From NCBI GenBank assembly GCA_003402705.1, contig QQNF01000007.1:31558-95557 (forward strand): a stretch of DNA of 64,000 bases. The letters are read 5' to 3'. This DNA comes from Verrucomicrobiota bacterium (GTDB lineage: Bacteria > Verrucomicrobiota > Verrucomicrobiia > Verrucomicrobiales > V1-33). Every line of letters begins with the position of its first letter. Position 1 is the first letter of the stretch. Position numbers and translations under genes: made by a program. The notes beneath the pieces were generated by a model. The model searched no databases. It was not told the origin of the DNA and saw only the letters and a list, made by a program, of their open reading frames with translations. This document shows positions 1-10,324 of this stretch, piece after piece.

Positions 1-3000
1 GCCTGGCTGAGACCGACGAGGACGTCGAGGGCGAGACAGCGCTGCGAGTTGACTGGGCCGGCGCAGGGGAGGAAGGTTTCGAGAGGCCGGACGATGGGGG
101 TACGGCGGAGGAAGGTGACGACCTTTTCAGCGGGCTGGCGGAAGAAAGCGGAGTCGGTGAGCTGGTTGCCGTAGTTGAAGAACTGGTCGTCGGTGGCGAC
201 GTCGCGGGCGGGGCGCTGGAAGTCGCGGATGTAGCATTCGGCGGCTGGGAAGACGAGTTCGGGTGACTGCCATGCGGTGCGCATGAGATTGAGCCACTGC
301 ATGATCATGGCGTTAGGAGAGCCACTGGAGTAGGAACGGGGGTTGTAGTGCCTGGCGAAGTGTTCCTGACGTTTTTCGGCGGGGCCGAGGAAGATGACGG
401 CGATTTCGCGGAAGAAGGCGTCGACGGCATCGGGGCCTTTGCGTTCGATGAGCCGTTTGGCGAACTGCATGATGTGCCAGAATTCCTGACCGCCGTAGTA
501 GTTGCCGTTGGAGTTTTTGAGGCTGGCGACGATGAGCGGGCCGAAGTCGGCGTCGAGTTTGCGGAGGTCGGCGACGTGGAAGACGGTCTGCCAGTGGAGC
601 TGGGGCTGGCCTGGCTGGACGGATTTCTGGCGTTTGGCGGCGAACTCGAGGGATTTGGCGGGGAATTCGTCAGCGGTGCAGAAGTAGAGCGGCATCATTT
701 CCTCGAGATCGCGGGCGGTGGTGGCGCGGGCGGCGCGGAGGCGCGGGAGGAGGTCGTCAGTGATCTTGGCAGGCAGGTTCTGTTTCCATGCGCGTTCGAG
801 GAGCCATTCTTCGGGGCCTGGTTGGCGGAGCGGGATGGCGTCGCCGCGGCTGCCCATGTTGTAGATCTGGCTGCCGATGGAGACGTTGGATTTGCGGGAG
901 GCGCGTTCGAGTTCGAGGACGGCGGCGGCGAGTTTGTCGAGTTCGTCGTTGGCGGATTCGTTGCCGTCTTTGAGGGCGACGGCGGCGAAGCGGGAGAAGG
1001 CGCGGCGGGCGGTGGAGGCGATCTCCATGAAGCGGCGGGCGAAGCGGTTGTGGAGGTCGAGTCGCTGGGCCTGGAGATCCTTGCGGCGGTTGTCGGCTTC
1101 TTCGCCGTCCGAGCCGTTGTAGGAGGTGGGGGTCTGCTGGTAGAGGGAGCCGATGTCGAGCTGATCGCGATTGGCCCAGCCCTGCTGCATGGCGTAGTCG
1201 AAGACCTGGTAGAGCGAGTCGAGATTGAGTTTGGCGAGGGCGGGTGCGTCGGACTTGGAGAGGGCGTCGAGGACGACTTCGAGGAGAGCGAAGCGAGCGG
1301 CGTGCGTCTCGATGGTGGAGATGACGTTGACGAGGTTAGGGGAGAGAGCGAGGAGCTGGTCTGGAGCTTCGGTTTTGAGGATCTCGACGGCCTTTTCGGG
1401 GTCGTCGGCGAGGGCGGACATGATGAGGCATTTGCGGAGCCCGGCGTCCTTGGGTTTCTTTTCGAGGGCCTTGCGGTAGAGGGCGAGGGCCTTGCGAGGT
1501 TCGCCCATGATGTCGAGGGCGGCGGCGAACTGGGCGGTGGCGTCTGGGGAGGGATTGTCGCCGGGGTTGAGGGCTGCGGTCAGTGCCTGGGCGAAACCGT
1601 GGCGGTTGACGGCTTCGACCCATTCGCGGGCCTGGTAACGGAGGGAATCGTTGCCGGCGAGCCATGCTTTGGACATGGATTTGAGTTCGCGGGTGAGGTC
1701 GCGGAGGGCGTCCTCGCGTTTTCCTTTGGCGACGAGTTGGTCGATGCGGCTGGTGCGGCCGCCGGAGTTGATCATGCGGAGGGAGACCGAGCCCATGGCG
1801 CCGAGGGAGACGCCTGAGGAGGGAGCGCCCTGAGGACCGGACTGGGCGGAGGCGGCCATGCGTTCGGATTCGTTATCCATGCCGAGTTCCTTCATGGCGT
1901 CGGCGAGTTCCTGACGCTGGCCGGCGTTGGAGGCCTCGCGGCGGAGACGGAGGAGGGCTTCGCGGCCGGCGGCGACGAGAGGGGAATCCTTGTCGGCGGA
2001 GGCGGCGGCGGCCTGGGAGGCGGCGATGGACCATGAGACGAGGGAACCGTCGACGAGACGACGGAATTCGCGGGCCATGGGCATGGGTTGGGCGCGACGG
2101 AGGAGAGCGCCGGCGGCTTCCCACTGATTCTCCTCGGCGGCGTGGCCGGCGGCGAGGAGGAGCGTGGCAAGGGGGGCGTCGGCGGGATCTGTCAGGGATT
2201 TGAGGAGAGCGGTGAGGGCGTCCGGGTCATCGGCGCGGATGGTGAGGAGGACCTTGAGGATGGGGTCCTTGATGGCGGGGAGAGCGGCTTTGAGTTTATC
2301 CTGGTCCCACTCCATGCGGTTGCCGTAGTAGTTTTCGGCGCGGGCATTGAGGAGCATGAGGGCGAGCGGGGAGAAGTCCGGGAGCCGCTGCGGGGGGAAG
2401 GTGAGGGCTTCGATGAGAGGCGGGCGGCCGCCCATCTGGGAGAGGAAGTTTTTGGGCGAGCGCTGCGGGTCGGCGGCGTGAGCGGCGACCTCGTCTTCGA
2501 TGAGCGCGACGAGCGGCTGGAGGTCTTCCTCGCGGGAGAGCATTCCGGCGAGCTGGATGAAGATGTAAGGGGCCTGATAGCCTTTGGGGTCGGACTTGCG
2601 GTACCAGCCTGGGAGTTTGGTGCGGAGACGGTTGAGGGAGGCGCGGTTGGCTTCGGGGATGGCGTCCGGGTTCTGGGCGTTCTGGAGGAGACCGGAGAGA
2701 TTATTGAGGAGGATGGGAGGCGGGACCTCGAGTTGTTCGAGGGCGGCGGCGGATTCCTGCCATGCTTTGGAAGCGGCCTCGTCTTCGTCGTCGATGAGAC
2801 GGAGGGCGGCGATCCATGCGAGTTCGCGGCGTTTTTCCTTGAGACTGGAGTAGACGCGGAGATCGACGGCGGGGTCGGAGTTCTGCTGATTGCCCCAGAG
2901 AGCGGCGAGGGCGAGGAGGGTTTCGTTAGTCGGGTCCTTTTCGAGACGTTCGGCGAAATTGATCTGGCGGTCGACGCGGGTGCCCTGGATGAGTTCGAGG

Positions 3001-6000
3001 AGGAGGTCGGCGGAGGGGATGCCGGCTGCGCGGATGCCGTCGGCGATGGTGGTGCGTGCGGGTTCCTCGCCCTCGTTGGCGAGGGAGGCGAGGTGGACGA
3101 GGGAGAAGGAACGGGATTCGTCGACCTTGGCGGGGAGATTGGGGGCATTTCCGCCGGTGGAGGCGCGGTTGACGCGGTTGTTTTTGTACTGGTAGGCCTG
3201 ATAGGAGGAATACGTCAGGGAGATGATGTCGAGGACATCGGCGGGGACGTAGGGGCGAAGGGCCTCGGTGTAGTCGCGGGCGGAGCCGGGCTGGACCGAG
3301 ACGGGCGCGCCCGGAGCGTTGCGGTTAGGGAGTTCGTCGCGGATGCCGAGCGCGTGGAGGAAGGCGTTGGTGGCGGGGGCTGGCTGATCGCTTTCTTCGA
3401 GGGCGCAGCCGTAGAGGTACCAGAGACGGTAGTCGCCGGGGAAGTCCTTCATGCGCGGGGCGAGGAAGGCGGCGGCCTGTTTCCAGAGATCCTGGTCGCA
3501 GAGGGCGTCGGCGAGGGACTCGAGCTGACGGGCGTCGAGGGCGACGGAGGAGGCGAGCTGTTCGAGGGCGGCCATGCCTTTGGCTTCATCGCCGCTGGCG
3601 AAGTGGACGCGGGCGATGCGCTGACGGACCTTGCCTGATTTGTCGAGAGGTTCGGCTTCGCGGAGCGTTTCGAGGGCGCGTTTGAAGTCGCCTTCGGCTT
3701 CGGCGATGCGGGCGATTTCGAGGAGGATGTCGAGGTCACCGGCTTTGAGGCGGGCGGCTTCGGCGAGCGCGGCGGCGCGGGCCTCGTAGTTTTCCGAGAC
3801 CCGGTGGATTTCTGCGAGGGCGAGGAGCGGGAGGAGGGACGTGCGGTTGGCTTTGCGGCGTTCTTCGAATTGTTCGACGAGTTCCGAGAGCTTGTCGGCG
3901 TCGCGGGCGTTTTCGGCTAGGGCACCAGCCCAGCGGATTTTGGCGCTGAGGTCTTTGCCTTCTTCGTAGAGGACTGTGTAGAGACGGGCGGCGTCGGCGA
4001 ATTTGCCATCGTCGCGATAGGCTTCGGCGAGCATGGCTTTGAGGTCCTCGTTGTCGTCGAATTCCTGGGACGCCTGGCGGAGTGCGCGGAGGGCTTCCTT
4101 GTTATTGCCTTGAGCGAGCTGGAGGGAGGCTTCCTTCTGCCATGGGAGATTGCTGCCTGGGGAGAGCTTTTTCCATTCGGGGATCCATGTCAGGGCGTCG
4201 GAGAGTTTACCGGCGCGTTCGAAGAGTTCGACGAGACGCTGGACGTGGACGCTTTTGCGGCCTGTTGGGGATTCGACGAGCCGTTTCATGGAAGCGGCGG
4301 CGCCGGCGATGTCACCGCGCTGGGACTGGAGACGGACGAGGATGGCGATGGCGAGTTCCGGGGCGGCGGCTTCGACTTCCTTGAGGGCGGCTTCCGAGCC
4401 TTTGGGGTCGCCGGTGCGGTCGAGGAGTTCGGCTAGGAGGCACTTGTCCTGAGGGGATTCGGCGTTGCCTTTGAGCTGAGCGAGGAGGGCTTCTGTCTGA
4501 CCGGCTTTTTCGGAGAGCCGGAGGAGGATGGTCATGGTGGCCTCGAGATCGACTGGGTCGGAGGCGAGGGAGACGAGCGTGCGGGCCCATGGGACGGCCT
4601 GGGCTTCGCGGTCGGTGCGTTCTGCCAGTTCGCAGAGCTGGAGGAGGTAGAGAGGGTCCTTGGAGAATTCGGGGAGCCGTTCGGTGAGGAGGTCTGCGGC
4701 GAAGGCGAGTTCGTCGCGAGCGGCGGCGGAGCGGGCGACGCCCATGACGCGGGATTTGTCAGGAGAGGCGGCGAGTTTGCGCCAGACGGCGAAGGCCTCG
4801 TCTTTGGCACCGCTCTTGTGGAGAACGGTGGCGAGCGCGTCCTGAACGCCCTCGCTGTCGGGGAAGGTGGCGGCTGCTTTCTTGTAGAGATCGAGGGATT
4901 CCGCGGGGAGTTGATAGCGTTCGAGGAGGCCGGCGGCGCGGAGGTGAGCGGCTTCGGACTTGTCGGATTTGGCGAGGAAGTCGGCGACGGCGGCGGATGC
5001 TTCGGGTTTTTTGCCGGCGGCGGCGCGGAGGTCGGCGAGTTTGACGATGAGTTCGAGGTCCTGGGGGTAGAGCCGGATGAGTTCGAGCATCTGGGTGGCT
5101 GCGTCGTCGGGGCGCTGGGCCTGGATGAGGAGATCGACGAAGGATTCGCGGACCTCGCGATTGCCTGGGGTTTTGGCGAGGATGTCGGAGTATTCGCGGA
5201 TGGCTTCGTCGGTGGCGGCGGTTTCGACGAGGAGGGCGGCGAAGCGGCGGCGGAGGGACGTGCGCTGGGGGAATTTGGCGACGAGGGCGCGGTATTGTTC
5301 CTTGAGGCCGTCGACGGCGTCGTCGCGGCGGAAGGTTTGCTCGAGCTGGGCGAGGATTTCCTTTTCGAGCCATGAGTCTGCGCCGGTGTCGTCGAGACAG
5401 GCGAGGTAGACGGCGACGGCTTTTTCGCGAGCACCGGCGCGCTGGTGGATATCGCCGATGCGGAGACGGCGCTGGACCTTTTTGTAAGGGTCGGCGGTGC
5501 GAGCGACGAGGGCTTCAGCGGTGGCGAGGGCTTCGTTGGTGAGGCCTTCGGAGATCTGGAGTTCGACGAGGTCTTCCTGGAGGTCTTCGTCGTCAGGGTT
5601 GGCGGCGACGAGTTCCTGCCAGACCTTGACGGCGTCGGGGACGCGGCCGGCGCGGGCGAGGAGACGGCCTTTGAGTTGCTTGAGTTTGGTGAGGGTGGCG
5701 GCGGGAGGGTTGGCGGCGGCGGCCTTGTCGAGGGAAGCGAGGGCGCTGTCGAAATCGAGCGTGCGGGATTCGGCGAGGGCCTGCTGGAGCCATGCCTCGG
5801 CGTTTTTGGGGTCGGCGGCGGTGGCGGTGCGGAAGGCGGCGATGGCTTTTTCGTTATCGCCCTGGCGGAGGAAGTGATAGGCGAGGAGGAGACGGGCGGC
5901 TGGCGGGGCGTCGGCGGCGTCGGCGCGTTCTTTGAGCCATGATTCGAGGTCGTCGAGCGTGCGGGATTCGAGCCATGCGGTGTAGAAGCGGTCGAAGACG

Positions 6001-6143
6001 GCACCTGGGACGGGGCGTTTGAGGAGACTGTCGTAGTAGCGCTGGGCTTTTTCGCTGACAGGTTCTTCGGCGTGGAGCGCGGGGAGGAGAGCGGCGAAGA
6101 GGACGGCTGGGAGGAGCTGGAGAGAGGGGAGGAAGCGCTTCAT
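1..6143 (-). CDS. Very large secreted TPR/helical-repeat protein; the 3' end runs off the window (>2047 codons)
   Basis: Absent from the ORF track because it has no stop inside the window. Reverse-complement reading from the ATG at 6143-6141 gives MKRFLPSLQLLPAVLFAALLPALHAEEPVSEKAQRYYDSLL (signal peptide). By my manual translation it stays open to position 1, with repeated A/L/E/K-rich TPR-like helices. All listed ORFs within 348-6004 have shadow-frame composition. Confidence 0.7.
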   Translation of the reverse strand, partial: MKRFLPSLQLLPAVLFAALLPALHAEEPVSEKAQRYYDSLLKRPVPGAVFDRFYTAWLESRTLDDLESWLKERADAADAPPAARLLLAYHFLRQGDNEKAIAAFRTATAADPKNAEAWLQQALAESRTLDFDSALASLDKAAAANPPAATLTKLKQLKGRLLARAGRVPDAVKVWQELVAANPDDEDLQEDLVELQISEGLTNEALATAEALVARTADPYKKVQRRLRIGDIHQRAGAREKAVAVYLACLDDTGADSWLEKEILAQLEQTFRRDDAVDGLKEQYRALVAKFPQRTSLRRRFAALLVETAATDEAIREYSDILAKTPGNREVRESFVDLLIQAQRPDDAATQMLELIRLYPQDLELIVKLADLRAAAGKKPEASAAVADFLAKSDKSEAAHLRAAGLLERYQLPAESLDLYKKAAATFPDSEGVQDALATVLHKSGAKDEAFAVWRKLAASPDKSRVMGVARSAAARDELAFAADLLTERLPEFSKDPLYLLQLCELAERTDREAQAVPWARTLVSLASDPVDLEATMTILLRLSEKAGQTEALLAQLKGNAESPQDKCLLAELLDRTGDPKGSEAALKEVEAAAPELAIAILVRLQSQRGDIAGAAASMKRLVESPTGRKSVHVQRLVELFERAGKLSDALTWIPEWKKLSPGSNLPWQKEASLQLAQGNNKEALRALRQASQEFDDNEDLKAMLAEAYRDDGKFADAARLYTVLYEEGKDLSAKIRWAGALAENARDADKLSELVEQFEERRKANRTSLLPLLALAEIHRVSENYEARAAALAEAARLKAGDLDILLEIARIAEAEGDFKRALETLREAEPLDKSGKVRQRIARVHFASGDEAKGMAALEQLASSVALDARQLESLADALCDQDLWKQAAAFLAPRMKDFPGDYRLWYLYGCALEESDQPAPATNAFLHALGIRDELPNRNAPGAPVSVQPGSARDYTEALRPYVPADVLDIISLTYSSYQAYQYKNNRVNRASTGGNAPNLPAKVDESRSFSLVHLASLANEGEEPARTTIADGIRAAGIPSADLLLELIQGTRVDRQINFAERLEKDPTNETLLALAALWGNQQNSDPAVDLRVYSSLKEKRRELAWIAALRLIDDEDEAASKAWQESAAALEQLEVPPPILLNNLSGLLQNAQNPDAIPEANRASLNRLRTKLPGWYRKSDPKGYQAPYIFIQLAGMLSREEDLQPLVALIEDEVAAHAADPQRSPKNFLSQMGGRPPLIEALTFPPQRLPDFSPLALMLLNARAENYYGNRMEWDQDKLKAALPAIKDPILKVLLTIRADDPDALTALLKSLTDPADAPLATLLLAAGHAAEENQWEAAGALLRRAQPMPMAREFRRLVDGSLVSWSIAASQAAAASADKDSPLVAAGREALLRLRREASNAGQRQELADAMKELGMDNESERMAASAQSGPQGAPSSGVSLGAMGSVSLRMINSGGRTSRIDQLVAKGKREDALRDLTRELKSMSKAWLAGNDSLRYQAREWVEAVNRHGFAQALTAALNPGDNPSPDATAQFAAALDIMGEPRKALALYRKALEKKPKDAGLRKCLIMSALADDPEKAVEILKTEAPDQLLALSPNLVNVISTIETHAARFALLEVVLDALSKSDAPALAKLNLDSLYQVFDYAMQQGWANRDQLDIGSLYQQTPTSYNGSDGEEADNRRKDLQAQRLDLHNRFARRFMEIASTARRAFSRFAAVALKDGNESANDELDKLAAAVLELERASRKSNVSIGSQIYNMGSRGDAIPLRQPGPEEWLLERAWKQNLPAKITDDLLPRLRAARATTARDLEEMMPLYFCTADEFPAKSLEFAAKRQKSVQPGQPQLHWQTVFHVADLRKLDADFGPLIVASLKNSNGNYYGGQEFWHIMQFAKRLIERKGPDAVDAFFREIAVIFLGPAEKRQEHFARHYNPRSYSSGSPNAMIMQWLNLMRTAWQSPELVFPAAECYIRDFQRPARDVATDDQFFNYGNQLTDSAFFRQPAEKVVTFLRRTPIVRPLETFLPCAGPVNSQRCLALDVLVGLSQ

Positions 6144-6356
6144 TTCGGCAAAGGGGGAAAGTGGAAAGGAGAGAGAGTGGGAAGGACGATTGGAAAGCGG
6201 ACGAAAGGCGAGGTACTGTCGGACAAAACGATGGGAAGTCGAGCGCGAGGAATGGTGGATCGCGCGGGTGGGAAACCCCTTGCTTCCAAGCGGTTTCGAG
6301 GTCCTCATGGGAGGCTTACCGGGGAGGTTGAGCCGACCCTTGATTTCCCCTGATCC

Positions 6357-7376
6357 ATGAGTCATTCACAGCCAGTCACCGTTCCATGTGTCATGAAAAT
6401 TGCGGGCACCGGCAGTTACGTGCCGGAGCGCGTGCTGACGAATGCGGATCTTGAGAAGCTGGTGGAGACGACGGATGAGTGGATCACGTCGCGGACGGGG
6501 ATCAAGGAGCGGCGGATTGCGGCGGAGGGTGAGGCGACGGGTGATCTGGCGACGAAGGCGGCGTTGCGGGCGATGGAGGCGGCCGGGGTGACGGCTGAGG
6601 AGATTGATCTGATTATTGTGGGGACGATTTCGCCGGACACATTTTTCCCGAGCACGGCGTGTCATGTGCAGCGGAATCTGGGGGCGGTGAAGGCGGTGGC
6701 ATTTGATGTGAGTGCGGCGTGCGCGGGGTTTCTGTATGCGATGCAGATTGCGCGGCAGTTCATCAATGGCGGGACGCGGAAGACGGCGCTGATCATCGGG
6801 GCGGACAAGTTGAGCGGGATGGTGAACTGGCAGGATCGGAATACGTGTGTGTTGTTCGGTGATGGGGCCGGGGCAGCGATTCTGACGGCGAAAGAGCCGA
6901 ATGACGGGGATCCGAGCGGGGTGTTGTCGTCGGTGATGGCGAGTGACGGGCGACTGACGGATATCTTGTCGGTGCCGGGTGGTGGATCGGCGATCCCGAT
7001 CACGCCGGAGAATGCGGACCAGCGGTTGAATACGATTCACATGCAGGGGCGCGAAGTGTTCAAGGCGGCGGTGAAGTACACGCTGGAGGCGTGCGAGCAG
7101 GTGATTGAGCGGGCTGGGTTGAAGGCTGAGGACATTGCGCTGATCATTCCGCATCAGGCGAATGTGCGGATTGTGGATGCGATCCGGGAGCGGTTGGGAT
7201 TGCCGCCGGAGCGGGCGTTTTTGAATCTGCAAAAGTATGGGAACACGTCCGGGGCGGCGGTGGCGATTGCGCTGGATGAGGCGGTGCGGAGCGGGGTGGT
7301 GAAGAAGGGGGACAATATTCTGCTGGTGGCGTTCGGGGCTGGGTTTGCGTGGTCGGCGTCGGTGATCCGGTGGTGA
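6357..7376 (+). CDS. fabH: 3-oxoacyl-ACP synthase III
   Basis: Full-length FabH-like sequence: GTGSYVPERVLTNADLEKLVETTDEWITSRTGIKERR, active-site context DVSAACAGFLYA, C-terminal GNTSGAAVAIALDEA. The start may be the internal Met at 6393 (MKIAGTG). Confidence 0.9.
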   Translation: MSHSQPVTVPCVMKIAGTGSYVPERVLTNADLEKLVETTDEWITSRTGIKERRIAAEGEATGDLATKAALRAMEAAGVTAEEIDLIIVGTISPDTFFPSTACHVQRNLGAVKAVAFDVSAACAGFLYAMQIARQFINGGTRKTALIIGADKLSGMVNWQDRNTCVLFGDGAGAAILTAKEPNDGDPSGVLSSVMASDGRLTDILSVPGGGSAIPITPENADQRLNTIHMQGREVFKAAVKYTLEACEQVIERAGLKAEDIALIIPHQANVRIVDAIRERLGLPPERAFLNLQKYGNTSGAAVAIALDEAVRSGVVKKGDNILLVAFGAGFAWSASVIRW

Positions 7377-7440
7377 GGCAGGGAAGTTAGGGTGCGGGAT
7401 TGAGTGGAGGATTCTGGGAGCAGGCAGCGGGCATGAAAAG

Positions 7441-7464
7441 GCCCCTGCGGTTTCCCGCAGGGGC
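7441..7464. terminator. Perfect 10-bp GC hairpin between convergent fabH and the oxidoreductase gene (bidirectional terminator candidate)
   Basis: gcccctgcgg-tttc-ccgcaggggc. It is flanked by aaaag on the left, which gives CUUUU after the stem on the minus strand. Confidence 0.5.
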
Positions 7465-7504
7465 TTGAGAGGAGGCGGGCGATGGTCGCCCTATGGAGTG
7501 GAGG

Positions 7505-8860
7505 TCAGGCGATTTTCCACGGGGCGCGGTATTCGCGGCCCATGAGTTTGGAGGCTTCCTCGTCGCCGATGATTTCTTCCTTGGCTGGGTCCCATTTGAT
7601 TTTGCGGCCGGTCATCATGGCGATGAGGGCGAGGTGGCCGGGGATGGCGCTGCGGTGAGCGGTGGTGACTGGGGTGAGGGTTTCGGCGCGGGAGCGGACG
7701 CAGTCGATGAAGTTGCCCTGGTGGCCGGTGGGGCTCTTCATGAGCTGGACCTTGCGGAGGTCGTCGGGGAGTTCCTGGTGGATGGCTTTTTCAGCGATCT
7801 GGTCGCCGCGGCGTTCCTTGATGATTTTCTTGTAGGCCGGGTTGGAGCAGTCGAAGAAACCGCGATCGACCTGGACCCAGCCTTCTTCGCCGATCCAGCG
7901 GGTACCGCCGCGGATGTCGCCGTGGCCGCCGGCGATGATCATTTTGACACCGGAGTCGTATTTGGCTTCGGCACGGTATTTGGTGGCGGTGTTCCACATG
8001 GCGGTTTTGGCTGGGAATTCGCCGGAGCCTTCGATTTCGACTGGGCCGCCGCCTTTGTCGCAGTCCATGCCCCAGTGGGCGATGTCGCAGTGGTGGCCGA
8101 TCCAGTCGAGGAGCTGGCCGCCGCCGGTGTTGTAGTTCCAGCGCCAGTTTTTGTGGACGCGGCCTTCGATGTAATCTTCCATGGTGGAGGGCCCGATCCA
8201 CATTTCCCAGTCGAGTTCTGCGGGTGGGGGAGTGACCTGGTTTTTGCTGGCGGTGCCTGCGAAGTCGGCGTGGCCGGAAGGGAGACCGACGTGGACTTCC
8301 TTGAGTTTGCCGATGAGGCCGTTGCGGACGATTTCAGCGCCGACGCGGAAGTTGTCGTTGCTGCGCTGCCATGAACCGGTTTGCCAGACGCGTTTGTTCT
8401 CGAGGACGGCGCGGACGATGGCTTGTTGTTCGCGGATGGTGCGGGCGAGGGGTTTTTCGCCGTAGATGTCCTTGCCGTTTTTGGCGGCTTCGATGGCGAT
8501 GAGGGCGTGCCAATGGTCGGGGACGGCGAGCATGACGGTGTCGACGTCTTTGCGGGCCATGAGTTCGCGGTAGTCCTTGATGGCGGCGCAGTCCTTGTTG
8601 CCGTTTTTGTTATCGATGGCGTTGACGGCTTGTTCGAGGTGGCGCTTGTCGAGGTCGCAGGCGGCGATGACCTGGCAACCGGGGACGTTCATGAAGGCTC
8701 CAATGTTGCCGGGGCCCTGCATGCCCCAGCCGACGGCACCCATGGTGATGCGGTTGGAGGGGGCGACGGTGCCGTCAGCGCCGATGGCGGAGGCGGGGAT
8801 GATGGTGGGGAAGGCGAGGGCCGAGGTGGCCTTGAGGAAGTTTCTGCGGCTGGTTTTCAT
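7505..8860 (-). CDS. Exported Gfo/Idh/MocA-family oxidoreductase with a Tat signal
   Basis: N-terminal MKTSRRNFLKATSALAFP twin-arginine signal. Rossmann segment ITMGAVGWGMQGPGN, and EKPLARTIRE, typical of the family. Confidence 0.85.
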   Translation of the reverse strand: MKTSRRNFLKATSALAFPTIIPASAIGADGTVAPSNRITMGAVGWGMQGPGNIGAFMNVPGCQVIAACDLDKRHLEQAVNAIDNKNGNKDCAAIKDYRELMARKDVDTVMLAVPDHWHALIAIEAAKNGKDIYGEKPLARTIREQQAIVRAVLENKRVWQTGSWQRSNDNFRVGAEIVRNGLIGKLKEVHVGLPSGHADFAGTASKNQVTPPPAELDWEMWIGPSTMEDYIEGRVHKNWRWNYNTGGGQLLDWIGHHCDIAHWGMDCDKGGGPVEIEGSGEFPAKTAMWNTATKYRAEAKYDSGVKMIIAGGHGDIRGGTRWIGEEGWVQVDRGFFDCSNPAYKKIIKERRGDQIAEKAIHQELPDDLRKVQLMKSPTGHQGNFIDCVRSRAETLTPVTTAHRSAIPGHLALIAMMTGRKIKWDPAKEEIIGDEEASKLMGREYRAPWKIA

Positions 8861-9146
8861 GGAAGGTGGTTGGGAATGGTTGGATGGGGGGTTGAGATAT
8901 GAAGGGGGTAGGAATCCGGGGAAAGGCCCCGGGGAGGGGATTGTGGCGACCGGGAAGGGGGACGGGAAGCAGAAAACGCGGTGGGGAGGTGTGATTTTGC
9001 GGCGGATTTCTGGGCGGGGGCGTCCGGGACGGGGACTGGGTTTCTGTCGGGTCTTGCGGGTGGGGAGCCGCCTGACGATATCGCGGATGTCGGCGAGGTG
9101 GCTGGCAGCAGTGCCTTGGTTGTCCTTGTTGGTGCCGCGGTCGTCA

Positions 9147-9692
9147 TCATGCGCGGCAAATCAAATGAAGGTCGCTTGATGAGGCGAGCACGAGGCTGCG
9201 GCCGGTGGGTGAGAAGCCAAATGCCCGTGTCGTGCTGTCTGATGGAAGGCGGTGGATAGCGGTCGGTCGGCCGAAGGTGGCATACTCTGAGGACTTGCCG
9301 GGCGGCGACAGAGTCACGATGATCTCGGGCCAATCAAAGACAAAGTGCTCGATACTCCAACCATCGTGGGTGGTGAGAGCCAGCCCACCTCCGTGAAGCC
9401 CTGCTGTGTGGACGGTATGCGTCGCGAAATCCGCAAACGCGGGAGCGGTCAGAGAAGATGTGTCGAATGGGTAGTCCTCGGCACGATCTCTGGCTACCCT
9501 CTCACCTGTAAGACAGTCGTAAATGCCTCTCCCCTGACTGGACAAAACAAGGAGGAAGTCGGTGCCGGGAATAAAGCCGACGTCCGTGAGTCCACCGACA
9601 TCCTGCGTCGCTGATGCTCTCCACGGGACTGGCAGGGTGCTCGGTGCGCGCAATACGGCTTCGACAACGGGCTTCAGATGAGGGCAGTGCAT
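9147..9692 (-). CDS. Hypothetical protein (possible beta-propeller-like repeats)
   Basis: 181-aa ORF with ordinary amino-acid composition in a lower-GC pocket. I recognise no motif with confidence. Confidence 0.45.
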   Translation of the reverse strand: MHCPHLKPVVEAVLRAPSTLPVPWRASATQDVGGLTDVGFIPGTDFLLVLSSQGRGIYDCLTGERVARDRAEDYPFDTSSLTAPAFADFATHTVHTAGLHGGGLALTTHDGWSIEHFVFDWPEIIVTLSPPGKSSEYATFGRPTAIHRLPSDSTTRAFGFSPTGRSLVLASSSDLHLICRA

Positions 9693-9773
9693 GATGTGGT
9701 GGTTGGGCGACGGCGAGCGGGAAGCTTCGATGACGCGACAGATGCCATACGAGCCCTGCCCGCATCTGTTGCG

Positions 9774-10145
9774 TTAGTCGGCGTTCGGTGTTGCATTGGA
9801 TGCGATGGCTCGAAGCGAAATCTGATACGCCGAATTCCGATACTCGTGAAACCAGAAGTGGGAGAAATGAACAGCGCCGCAGGTCGGGCATGACGAGCGA
9901 ACCACAGCGTCCATCCCATCGGCAATCGAACGGCGCGCTAAGTCGATATCGAAGGCAGCGGCAATCGTGGTGCGTTCCGGCTCGGCTGTCCGGTCCTGCC
10001 AGCCCCACGCTGCCTGAAGCATCTCAGAAAACGTCACTCGGATGTCGCTGCCGCACGCATCGCAGGCAAAACGATAAGTGGCCTTGTCGGTCTCCCAGCC
10101 TTCGAAGAAGGGAGGTCGCACTTGCGGTTGGACGATTAGCTTCAT
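9774..10145 (-). CDS. Hypothetical protein with two CxxC pairs (zinc-ribbon-like)
   Basis: ATG at 10145 gives MKLIVQPQVRPPFFEGW. It carries CDACGS and CPTCGA motifs. The track ORF extends to 10190 from an upstream start. Confidence 0.4.
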   Translation of the reverse strand: MKLIVQPQVRPPFFEGWETDKATYRFACDACGSDIRVTFSEMLQAAWGWQDRTAEPERTTIAAAFDIDLARRSIADGMDAVVRSSCPTCGAVHFSHFWFHEYRNSAYQISLRAIASNATPNAD

Positions 10146-10324
10146 TCTCGGGGGCGCGTGCGGAGTCGACTTACGTCGAAGCGCTGGCAACGCAGGGGTG
10201 GAGGTGAGTGTGGAGACGAGATGGCGGGTTAAATTTACGGAAAGGATGGCCGACAGGGAGGCCTCAGCGGTTGTCCAGCCACGCTCTGTTCGCCATTGTA
10301 ATTGGTTGTCGCCGCCACAGCAAT

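Noticed and set aside
348-6004. Numerous long ORFs on both strands (e.g. 348-1817 +, 2088-3638 +, 4532-6004 -, 2192-3148 -)
   Set aside because: Their composition is G/E/A/V/F-rich or P/S/T/R-rich low complexity, typical of antisense or out-of-frame shadows in a high-GC gene. The coherent frame is the minus-strand TPR gene that exits the window.
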